Assembly: GCA_025594325.1 (NCBI GenBank)
Contig: JANHCV010000010.1
Coordinates: forward strand, 1,426,001-1,490,000
Length of the DNA stretch: 64,000 nt
From: Blastocladiella emersonii ATCC 22665
Taxonomy: Eukaryota > Fungi > Blastocladiomycota
Reading direction: 5' to 3'
The notes under the pieces were generated by a model. The model ran no database searches, was not told the origin of the DNA, and saw only the letters and a program-made list of their open reading frames with translations. This document shows, one piece after another, positions 47,851 to 59,200 of this stretch; the stretch's first letter is position 1, and each line of letters opens with the position of its first letter. Both the position numbers and the translations under genes were made by a program.

Positions 47851-49837
47851 TCAAACGTTCGCGTCGCCACGCTTCGGGCGGCGAGTCGGACTTGGGCTCG
47901 GGCGGGCAGTCCCACGGTCCGCACGCGTGCTCGACTTGTTGCCGGGCTCGACGAAATCGCGGTGGCCGCGCTTCGGGGTCGGAGCGGGCTTCGCTGCGGT
48001 GGCCGTAGCCGTGGACGGGGCCGTGGACGGGGCGCCGGACGTGGGCTTGGACTTGCCGCCGTTGAAGAGGGGGTGTTTGCGGTTGACGCGCGTCACCGGC
48101 TTGATGGGCGTCGAGCGAGGCGGGGCTCCCGCCGTCGACGTGGCCGTTGGCTGGGCGATCGGGGAGCCGTCGATGCGCTGGTTCGGGTCGCCGCCGAGCT
48201 TGAAGCTGAGCGCGGGCAGCGGCTGCTTGCCCGAGGACCAGATGTTGAAGGCCTTGTTGGCAATGACCGAGCGGATGTGGAAGTCGAGCGAGTGCTCGTG
48301 CGCGACCTCGACGTTGATGCCGCCCGACGCGCCCGGCTTGCCGTCGTTCCCCAGACCGGCCTTGCCGCCCGCCGACATGGTCATGCCGAGCGACGAGTCG
48401 AGCTCGAGCGCCAGGTCAAAGATCGGGATGCGCCAGAAACGGAGACCCACGCCGAACGCGGGGATGACGTGCGCCGCGATGCCCGCGCTGACCTGGCCCG
48501 AGAGCGTCGGCGGGTGCGGGCGGAGACGCATGTCGCCCTCGGCCTTGGCGATCGGCTTGCCGAACAGGCCCGTCTTGGACTCGACGCTCCACACGAACGG
48601 GTAGCTGAGCTCGAGGCCCGCCGACAGCTTGAGCGACGCCGCCAGCTCGTACGTGGCGGCCGCCTTGAGGCGCAGCTCGGGCGACATGGAGAAAATGCCG
48701 GGAATGTAGAACGGGGTCAGCGGCAGGACAAAAACCTCGACCGAGAACAGGTCGGCCTTGTGCTCCTTGTGCGCGCGCAGGAACAGGTCGAGGTTGGCGC
48801 CAATGTCGCCCGACAGCGCAACGCGGTACGTCTTGAGCGACGTGATGCTGCCCGTGGCCTCGAGGCTGAACGTCGCGCGGCCGTGCAGCGAGATGTCGGC
48901 GCCGAGCTCGGCCACGGACGTGTTGAGCAGCGAGATGAACGGCTTCAGCGGCTTGCGCTTCTTCTTGTCCCAGTTGACGGCGAGGTCCCAGCTGACCGAG
49001 TTGGAGAGGTCGCGGCGGGCGAGGTTCGCGCCCGACGACGACGGCATGTCGTGCTGCGCGACCTTGAGCGAGAAATCGGCAACCACGTCCTCGACGGCCA
49101 TCTTCTTGGTGGCCAGGACGACCTTGCCGGTGCCGTCAGCGGCGGCCTTGGGCGCGGCCGTGACCTCGCGCGTGGCAATCTCCTCGGCGCCGTCGCACTT
49201 CCACTCGCCGCCGACGATCACGGCCCACTTGCCCTGCGTCTTGGCCCACTCGGCGCTGGCGGCCGCGGCCGTCGCCGCGTCGTTGAAGGTGAGCGTCACC
49301 GACTCGGCCGAGCACTCGACCTTGGTGATCTGCGGGAAGTTGTCGAGGTTGACGGACGCCATCTTGGTGTTGAGGTCGCAGCTCGCGACCATCATGGCCG
49401 GCTTGCCGAACACGTTCTCGCGCGAAGGCACCTCGGCGCCGTACATGGCCTTGACGGTCATGACGGGCGCGAAGCTGTTGCGCTTGACGGGCATCGGGTG
49501 CATCATGTTCATGGCCTGCTTGGCCTTGGTCGCGCCGAGCGCGCTGCCCATGAACTCGCCATTCTACGATCGCGAGTGTGCGTGCGTTGGTTCAGCGTCT
49601 CGTAGTGTTACAGGTGTAGTTGCTCGAGAATAAGCGTACCTCGTGGGCGCGGAGGACAAACTTGTCGTCGGCGGGGTTGGCGGGCTTGCGAATGTACTCG
49701 GCCTCGGGGATCGGGAGAGGGATCTCGCGGGCATTGGCGGCCGAGGTGGCGAGCACAGGATCGGCGGCCGATGCGGCGAGGAGGGCGAGGGTCGCCGTGG
49801 CCACGAGGGCGAGCGAGAGGTTCGTGGTGGCGACCAT
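47851..49837 (-). CDS. Secreted beta-rich protein, DUF7029/DUF7223-like (left copy), 2 exons (49837-49640, 49563-47851), 636 aa
   Basis: Signal peptide MVATTNLSLALVATATLALLAASA; VNLDNFPQITKVECSAESVTLTFND; PLTPFYIPGIFSMSPEL; Pro/Thr/Ser tail. 76-nt intron. Family label recalled, not searched. Confidence 0.8.
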
Positions 49838-52049
49838 GGTTTCTACGGTCTAGCAGCGCGTGCGAGAGATGTAGGCGGTGGTGGAGTGTAGGAGGTTCGA
49901 GGAGGGTTGAAAGACTCAGGTGGGCTCCGGGCGGGCGATCTAGATGCTGTGGATGGAAGAGGCCAGCTCTCTAAGGATGTGCCATGCTTGCCAGGATTGG
50001 AGGCGGGCGGCGCGGCCTCTTTATCGTCCTCGGCCTACAAAACGCTTCAGCGACGACGTGCTCTGTACCGAGTCCAGAAACGGACGCGGCCAAGAACGTT
50101 TGCACGCGCATGACATGCGCAGCACGACGCGTGATGCCAGGCCTGATGCGCGACACCGTTTCATGGGCATGCGGACCCACTCATTGCCCTCTAGCGCCAC
50201 GGCAGCCCGCGTCGATTGTTCCGGATCCGCGCGTACGGCGAGCTGGGCACCAGCATCCGTGCCATCGGGAGCACCAGATACGCCGTCGCGTTGCTTGTGT
50301 TCTCGTGGCGCCAGCCCCAGGCGCATCCGTGAGCGCATGCTGCGAAAACAGTCGAAGCCCGGATCAAAGTCTCAGGATCCTTCTTTTGGCGGCGCCGCCT
50401 CATGGGGCTGTGATCGGACCGCTGATCCGGCCAGGCCCTGCTGAGCCACGCGCCACATCCAGGGGCTCGGAGCCGAACGAAAAGCCTCGGCCACCTGCGT
50501 CTGCGACTCTCCGGGGCTGATATGAATAACCTGGCTGACAAAGACGGTCCAGGTTCAACTGCCGGGTCGTTGGTGCGGCGACGTATTCTGGCGATCCCGA
50601 AAGGGCACGCGGAAGCGCATGGTGACCCATCACGTGTGTGGCGCATCGCGTATCTAAATGCCCATTCTGCGTCTAAGCCAAGCGCGGTCGTTCGAACCGC
50701 ATCCGGTTAATACGCCAGAACTTAGCGTGCGGCCCGGGAATGTCAACAGGTTTGTGCTTCAGTGCTTCAGGGTATCGGAGCGGCTCAAGCCGGCGGTGAT
50801 GGTCGATGGCGCGAGTTCGTCCGCAATCGTGAGCCAGCCGCACTCAATCAAGTCTACGGGGTCGCACTTTTTCGGAGTTTGTAGTCCACTTGTGCATTTT
50901 TGTCGAGTCGCTCGTCGCGCAGCGCGCCCGCGACGTGCGCTGCGTGCCCGACCTCTGGCAGTCGCTCGTCGACTCGACGCCGCCTGCCATCGCATCGCCG
51001 GGCAGCGAGCCGCGCTTGATCCCGTTCCGCCGTGACATTCATTGTGCAACTGCTCGCTGACCTCGGGTACGGTACGGCGCCGACTACCACTTGTTTGACA
51101 TGTGGGTCAAGAACAAAGTAACGAGGGTCACGGATGGACCGCGGTGAATGTATTTGTCGTTCAACACGCTTCCCATACTCGCGACCGCCGGTACCCGTCG
51201 TGCGCTGGCTGGTCCTTGGTCTTCTCGGGCTTCGGCAACCCGAGGCGAGGCGTATTGATGGTGGGCCGACTGCAACGCGAACGACGACGGACAGCTTGAG
51301 TTGAGCTGGGCCGACCGAGGCGGAACGCGGCGAGCGGCGGCGACGGCGACGGCGACACGATGCGATGCGGAAGGACGAGCGGGCGTGTGCTGGTGGCTGC
51401 AGTCGAACCTGGCCGCCGAGGACGAGACCGAGACCGAGACGAGCCGTTGTGCCCGCCATGATCTCGTTGATGGCACTCGCGGACGCTTAATCTTCTTGAA
51501 GGCAAAGGGCCGCCGCCGAGCGACTCGACGATGCGGTACGACAGCATGACCTTGTTGGGTACACGCGCGCTGCGGGACCTTGGTGAATCGAGCTACGCGA
51601 GGGTGAGCGTGAGCGTGAGAGTGAGCTCCTTTGCCCCGAGACGAGAGACAAGTCAGGACGCGGTACCTTGAACGGGCCGCGAAGCACGGCCATGGCCTCG
51701 GCCTGACTCGGGTGCTGCGTGACGTGAAGCTGTCGGCGGCACGAGCAGGTGAACAGGTCGCTGAGCGCGCGCGTCGTCTCGGAACTCGAAGATCATGCAC
51801 GCACGCACGGATGACGATGTCGGTGAAGATGATCTACACGCATGGCAGGCGAGGGTCTCGAGGTGAGCACGCGGTGGGGACCAGTCAAGAGTCGCGGGCA
51901 TCGGTGCCGCGCCGTACCTGCTGCTGCTGATACTTGCGAGGACTCGCGCTTGGGCTTGAACACACGGGTGCCCCACCGGTGCAGAGCGGGCGACGCATTC
52001 CCGACAGCTGGGCAAACGTTGATGGGGTGGTCGCCCACCACCGCCGGGC
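48538..52049. repeat. Left arm of large inverted repeat (part matched within the window; probably extends further left)
   Basis: Reverse complement of 60489-64000. All paired ORFs have coordinate sum 112538 with identical translations apart from one substitution. Confidence 0.97.
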
Positions 52050-52900
52050 AGCGCGCGCGTCGGAATCATGAATGCCGGCGCTCGTCGGCGCGACATGACG
52101 CGGCCCTCGCGACTGAGAAACCGACGCACGGTCTTGGCCTGCTGCAGCTGCGGGTGCAGGTGCAGGTACTGGACTCGGAGAACCACTCGAACCGCGCCGC
52201 GAGCCCGAGGAGTGTCTACACAAGCACAAGCACAAGCGTGAGTTGTTGGACTGCGACGCCGGAAGTTCCGATTGTAGTACGTTACCTTCGTGTGCCGCGA
52301 TGACGTCTGGATTCCGAGTAATCGACGCGGCGCGCGCGCACGGCGTGCACCCGGCCTTGTCCAGCCGCGCCGCCGCCGCGTGCTCACCACGTCCATCGCG
52401 CTCCGCACCACGACCACACACATGACACGCGCGAGGGACGCTACGGAATATAGTGCGGGTTCCACCACGTGTCGGACTAAGAAGTGTTTGAGCCGGGGCT
52501 CCCCCAAGCAGTGCGTACTGGGCGTCGTCCCTCGGCGCGTCATGCGAATGGCCGCAGCGCCGCGCGACCCGACGCGGCGAGCGAGCGGCAGCTGCTGCTG
52601 CTGCGACGTGTACCACCCATGGAGAATCGCCGCCCGAGACGTGCGTGATCGGGTCCGTCGAGCTCGAAGAGTCTACACGAGTACGAGAGTGAGTTGTCGG
52701 ATCGAGCCGCCGCTGGCTGCAGAGCAAAAGTACCTCAGCGCGTCGCGACGAGGAACGGGATCGAGGCGGCCGGCCTACACGATGTGGAGCGCGAGGGTGA
52801 GCGATAATGACCAGATCAAGCCGATCCGAGTCGCGAGCATCGCCGGACCAGCTGTTGCGGTGGAATTGCGGCAAAGTGGAGGTTGCAGTTGCTGGGCGGC
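52050..52900 (-). repeat. Inner, partly diverged inverted homolog of the 58590-59835 modules
   Basis: About 52050-52200 matches 59685-59835 almost perfectly. Further in, only patchy similarity, including the exact 28-mer GTGGTGGAACCCGCACTATATTCCGTAG (52441-52468 on minus). Confidence 0.85.
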
Positions 52901-53699
52901 CGACTCGCGGCTCGCCGAGTCGAGTGCGACGGCTGCGGACTCGGGCGGCCTGCGGATAGCGTGCGTCGAAGCCGCCGGTGCCGAAGCGGGTTGATCGAGC
53001 TGGTTCTGCGGATGCGGTCGATGCGTGGCATGAAGAGAGGGCGGTTGGAACGAGTGCTTCATTGCGAGGAGAGAGACCCGAAGCGAGTTGCGTCGAGTGC
53101 ACGGATCCAGCATCCCCCGCGTCCCGGCGTGCAAGGCGAGCGGTGCATGATACATCCAACGTGCGAGACGTTGCCAAGACTTGCTGGGTTTTCGTTTCCC
53201 GCGCTAGTCGGCTGAATCCAAAAAAGAGGAGACACGCGACGCGTCGGAACGCGTCCCCCGGTCGCGTGACGTGCGAGACACTTTCAACTTCGGGCGCTCA
53301 CACGTGTGCGCCGCGACGGACGCGCTGATCGCTTCCTCTGGCCCAGCTTGACCCACCTGTCCTGTGTGCGGCCGTCGTTGAAACTATCACGAAGCATTGC
53401 ACGGACCGAGTTGAGTCGAGTCCATCGATCGCTCGGCCCCGCTGAGCGGAAACCGCCTCCGTGGATCGTGCGTATGATGAGAGAGGAGCGTGATCTATTC
53501 AACGCGAAGTTTGGCGAGCCATGACGGCCCGCGGCGCGCATGGTGCGTGGAAGACCTTCGGGCCGTGGTGTGTCACGACAAACGCATCCGTGTGGTCGAT
53601 GGCGCGCCCGCACCCCGCGCAGATGGCGGGCGGCAGGGCGGGACTGGGCTGCTCCTGCGCCGCAGCGAGCATGACGAGCTTGGTCTACCATATGACACG

Positions 53700-55458
53700 A
53701 TTGTGAGCGACGTATCCGAGTGTGGGGTCGAGTGAAAGCCGCGTACCGTCATGTTGCGCTGGCGCCCAAGGGACTTGACGACCATGGTGCTCCAGCGGTG
53801 CCGGCGCGCGAGCTGCGCGAGCTCGTACATGAGCAGCGGCGCCGCACGCTCGAGCGCCCAGTCGCTGGGCAGCACGTTGGCGAGCTCGCGAAAGTTGACT
53901 ACGTCCATGTTCTTGACGGCGACCGAACGACATGAAGAAGCTCGAGTATGTGCCGCTACAACCCGGTTAACAGTCAGCGATGAGTCGGACGCGGCGCCAG
54001 GAACAACCCGTACCGCCCCGCCCGTCCATCTTGAGGAACACGTCGACCACGACCTCCAACGGCACCTCCTCGATCTCGCACACCCGGTGCGCGGACGGAA
54101 AAGTCGCCGGTCTCGGTCCCGAGCTGGCGCACGCGCACCATCCGGCCGGCCTTGAGCAGCGCGAGCCCGAACGCAAACTCGTCCGTGGGGACCAACCGCT
54201 CGCGTACCCTGCCCACCATCACCTCGTCGCCCGACCTCGCGACGCTAACAAAGACGGTGCAGGCCGCTGCGTGCGCAGCGATACAGTCGGAGAACGCGAC
54301 GTGGGCCGCGCGGTACTTGTTGAGAAAGCTGGCGACGCTGCCGCCCTCGGCCAAGTACGCGCGGACGAACACGTCGCGCGGCCCGTTCGAGCCCTCGAGG
54401 TACGCAACGAGCACCGCGTGGCCGGAGCGCCGTAAGTTGCGCCTCGTCAAACGTCGGGATCCATGTGCGCAGGACGTGCGACGCGAGAGCCCGGTCGCGC
54501 GCGTGGAGCCACTGGATGTCGGCCACACGTGGTCGGCGGCGTACTCGAGATCGGCGAGCAGCTGCGCGACGGTGCAGCGGACCGAGACCCAGCGCGGCTC
54601 GCTACCCGGTGCCGCGGTCGCGGGCGGCGTCAAGTCGGCGAGCGCGACTGCCACAGGTCGAGCACCCGGCGTACGTTGCCGGCGCACGTCGCCGGCGCGC
54701 TGCGCGACGAGCGACTCGGCAAACACGTGGCCGCGCGCGGCGAGGTTGTCGGCGAGGCGCTGGAGCTCGTCGCTGGAGCTCGTCGCTGGACAGCGAGAGG
54801 TTGCACACGAGTCGCCTCTGCGCCACCACCACCCCCTGCACGCCGCGGTCCGGCTTCAGCAGCAGGTGCAGCCGGGCGACCTCGACGGCTGGGTTCACGG
54901 CATCGGACGTGGACCGCCACACGTCGAGGTACGAGAGCACGAACCGGTTGACGCTTGTGTCCAGCGAAGCACGGAGCGACGCGACGGACGCCGGGTCAAG
55001 CGACGAGGGCTTGCCGCCGCAAAGCTTGTGCATGGCGAAATTGGCTGGGAGGGGCGGACGTGCGTGAGAGTCCGCTCTGAGGAGCAGTGGGCGAAAGGAA
55101 CCGTACCGATAGCTTCAAACGACTCGACCGTCTTGGCCCCGGCGAGGAACGCGGTAATCTTCTTGTTCTCGGGGCCGTACCGCAGATGGTCCGGGTCGGC
55201 CATGTGCATCAGGTACTGCGGCCCGAAGCGGACCTCCTTGAGCAGCGCGAGTGCCGCATCGTCCCACTGACTGGTGCGCGTTGAGCATGCCGAAATGCCG
55301 AACGCGATCTGCGTAACGACGGCGGCGCACGCCTCCTTGGCAGGCAGCGTGGCGCTCGCGAGGTTCAGCGCGACAGACTCCGTGCCTTCCTGCAGCAGGC
55401 GAGGTCGTTGAGGGCAAGGACCACGTCTATGCCACGCGGTGAGGTGAGTCCGCTTCAT
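53700..55458 (-). pseudogene. Frameshifted intron-containing gene of unknown family
   Basis: Protein-like segments in successive frames. 62-nt intron at 55106-55045. A 13-bp tandem duplication (54759-54790) shifts the frame, with further frameshifts near 54530, 54430 and 54130. Confidence 0.65.
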
Positions 55459-56299
55459 CTAGTGGGAGTAAGCTGTGCGTACCGGTGAGAACGGCAATCG
55501 CCTGGGACTCGGGTGGCGCCACGACCTTTGGGACGCGCTGCTGCGTGGGAAATGGACTTTTAGCGCGGGATCAGGACCGTCCACTGCCTCGGCAAGCGAA
55601 ACGTTAGCGTTCGGTCCGACGCAGGACAGAAAGAAAAGTCCGCACGTTGAAATGGTGCGCGATGACGGACCCGTCGAGCATCCCGAGATACACGACGTCG
55701 TCTACGGAGTTGATGGCGATACATCAGCCTCCCGCTGCTTTGAGATACGTGCAGTAACACTGACAGAGTACGTCGAAGCACGTTGTCACGTCGCGGGTGA
55801 CCCGTTCGCTCGGCGCGGCGCGGGTCCCCGCCGGTCGCGCAATGCTGGTCAGGATTGGGACCAGGTTGAACATGGCGCGCTCGAAGATAAGGTTGCAGCA
55901 AGTTGCGGTGGGTCAAAAGACCGATTCATGGAGGGTTCATGGCGGGTCGGACGAGCGACTGAGCGAACAGCGGCGCGACGTTTACAACGCGTCGTCCATC
56001 GCCGTCATTACATAACCGCCTCGTTGCCGGCGAGCCCCTCCAAGATCGTCGAAGACGGCTGTGCCAAGGGGGAAAAATGTCTCCAAGTGTCTCCAAAACG
56101 CGCGCTCGGGAGATTGTCTCGCGCCCACCACGTGACGGCGCGACGCGTCTTCTTCCCGCGTGTCTCCCTCGCTCGTTCCGCCGGAGCACTATTCGCCGCC
56201 AAGCGAGGAGGCGAGTGCGACCCGCGGCCTCTGCTTCTCGTTGCGCCGCGAAACAAGCCATGATACTGACTGCATCGCGCTCGCGGCGGGTTCGCTCGA

Positions 56300-59200
56300 G
56301 TTCACCATGCATCGACACCACTCTGGACAACCACCACCCGCCACCGCTCATACCTCGATCCATGACATCGACTCGAACGAACCGCACCGACGTCGACAGC
56401 CTCAACGACCGCGGTGGACCGCCGCCGTCAGCTCGCTGCCGCCGCTCGCGACGCGACGCGACGAGTAGGGCAGGGCTTTGGCCGGAGGTGCGCAGTCGTC
56501 GTCGTGGCTTGGACCCGCCTCGTCTTGACGCTAACTTCGGGTCCCTCCCGCGTGTAGGCGTGCCGGTTCGCTCCGGTGGTCAGGGACTCCAGGCTATATC
56601 AAGTCCAGCCCGATGATCGTGATCAAGCTGTCGCCACACCTCGCGGGAACCCGATCCTCAGCTTCCTCTGCGTCATGTTCCTCGTCATGATCCCGTTCCT
56701 CGACACGCTCGTCGACAGCTTCGAGTACGTGCCCCGGGAGCTCCGACCCGCGCCCGTAAGACCTACCAGAACCTGACGTAGCGGCTGGGCGCCGCCGACA
56801 TGTCGCACGAGCTGGTCGAGTTTACGCTGTGCTGGGTGGCGGACCGGATCTGGCCCATCGGCGCGTCACACCAAGGTACCTTTGACTCATGAACCAGCGA
56901 CGTAGTGGATTCGCGGCTTACGTATCGTGTGTGTAGATCCTCTGCGAGTGTCGATCCACGCGAGTCTGCCGAGTGCTCGACTGCTCTCCGAGATCAAGCT
57001 CGTGCGGTTCGACCTGATTCAGTCGACGCCAAGGTCGGCAATGCACTCGCGAACCGGGTACGACTGCATCATCCGCACCGGGCTCTCATCGCCTCTGATA
57101 TCATGATCCCCGTCGTCGTGTAGGCGGGTCGGGCTGGTGTTCGACGGCCATGATCCAGACTGGCCATCGAGGCCAAGCTGTCGTCGCTCGCCGGATCTCG
57201 GCCTCAACCTCAACACGCCATCGTGCAACATCACCGTATCCGTCATTGGTCTGCTCAAGCTCATCAAGCACGCGCGCTGCTCGGGCTCGACGATCATTTC
57301 GATTGCATCTCAGCCGACGCGGTGAGTTTTCGCTGCGCTCATCATCATCAAGTTCCCGTCGCGTGTCGTTCATGGTCGCCGTCCTGGCCCAAGTCTCTCT
57401 TCGAGGTTCCACTTCTCTCTCGTACTGCTCAGTGCTGCCGTAATGGGCCAAATCTCACTCGCTGATCCGTGTAGCTAGCTTCTCCGCGCGCGCAAGCTCG
57501 GCGCCATCACCCGGCGAGCGGCGGCCGGCCGTGGTCGTGGGTCGTGGTCGTGGTCGTGGTCATGGCCGGCGCGTATCCGCGTCGTGCTGCGGGCCCGTGG
57601 CGGCGGCCATTCGCTTGATACGCATGATGGGAGCGTAACCCTTGGTACCCACTGCTTGGCAGGTGGTGGGAATAGGTTATTCATGCTATACTCGAAGACC
57701 ATAGCGGCTCTCGCGTGTCTGGCGGGTGGTCGCGGCAGCTCTCGAGTCGGCGACCCAACCCTCGACAAGTGCAGGGCCGCCGTGATCGCGGATCAAGGTA
57801 CTACGTCGTCCGAACATTTCTTCATGACCTAGAAACTCACGTTCCGCTCCCCGGACTAGTAGGTTCCGCAAGCCCCGGCGCGGCATCAGCTCAGCTCGTT
57901 ATCGTGACCAACTCGACGGCTCGTCCGTCGTACGTCGCTGCTGGCAACATCATCGGGTTCGAGTCGCGTCCGGCGCCGAGCGCAGCGCGCATGCACAGTC
58001 GACTGGACCGCAGCAAACATGTGCTCTTCCCCCGACCTTTTCTGCCATCATGAAAGCCCTACTGACACTTGCGCTGGTACCGTGCAGGTTGTTCGAGGTT
58101 TCCGACGCCCCGCTCCTTCAAGTTTCGCTGCATCAGCTCGCGCCACGGCGACGCCAAGGGCGGCGAGTCGAGTCGTTCGTCAAGGTACTCGTTCACTCAC
58201 GCTCGAAACTCCTGCGATCGGACAACTGACGTTAGCTGATCCGTGTAGCTGCTCGAGGACATGATCCTCGGCGCCAGTCGGCCAGCTCAAGCTCGCTTGC
58301 TCGAGTCGTCGTCATGCAGCTGTGTCGTGGTGCGGGATCAGCGGCCACACTCGCTCGACCTGCTGCCCTGACACGCCGTCAAAGTACGCCCTGCCCTCCT
58401 GGCGGCACGTGATGGAAGGTCGGCGAGCTATATCATAGCGTCAAGGCGTCGAGCGACTGGCCGCGGTACGGCGGGTGGGTGACGATGTGGGTGGCGACGT
58501 CCTTCACCGCGAGACGGGGCGCGGCAGCGGCCGGCGAGGAAGCAGTTCACGGTCGCTCGACTTCTTGGCCACGGCCACGCGGCTATGGTCGAGTACTTGG
58601 CTACCGCAGCAAGGTACGCTTCTCCCGACTCGCTCTTGTCGTCGCGATCGGGCAAGGCAACTTACACTCGCTGATCCGTGTAGATTCTCAAGAAGAACAT
58701 CATCATCCGCGCCAGCCTGCTGCCGCTGCTGCTCGCCGCGTCGGGTCGCGTGGCGCCGCGGCCGTTCGCCTGACACGCCCCGAGGGGCGACGCCCAGTAC
58801 ACACTGCTTCGAGCGAGGCCGAGCTCAGCAGGTGGTGGAACCCGCACTATATTCCGTAGCGTTCCTCGCGCGTGTCAGGGCGGGCGGTCGCGGTGCGGAG
58901 CGCGATGGACGTGGCGAGCACGCAGCAGCGGCGCGGCTTGGCTCGAGCTGCATGCAGGTCGAGACTGCTCGCCGCGCCGTGCGGGTTCTCGGGTCGAGTA
59001 CTCGGGATCCGGCCCGGCCGTTGTCATTGCGACACGCGTAGGCGGAGGTACCGTGTTTCGGCCGGCCAGCTGGGCGGCGTCGTCATCGTCGTCGAGATCC
59101 GAGAACTCACGCGCCTCGTCGTGTAGATTACTCTTCAAGCGCGGTGCGGTGCGGTTCCGTTCGCTCGCGAGGACCGCGTAGCCGTGTCGTATCGCGCCAC

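Noticed and set aside
50684-50700. Hairpin GCGGT-CGTTCGA-ACCGC with a B-box-like GTTCGAACC (tRNA or SINE?)
   Set aside because: No properly spaced A-box and no cloverleaf could be built.
14945-57560. Microsatellites ((GGGAGC)n ~14950, CAG tracts 36.8-38.9 kb, (GA)n ~44165, (GTCGTG)n ~57535)
   Set aside because: Ordinary simple repeats.
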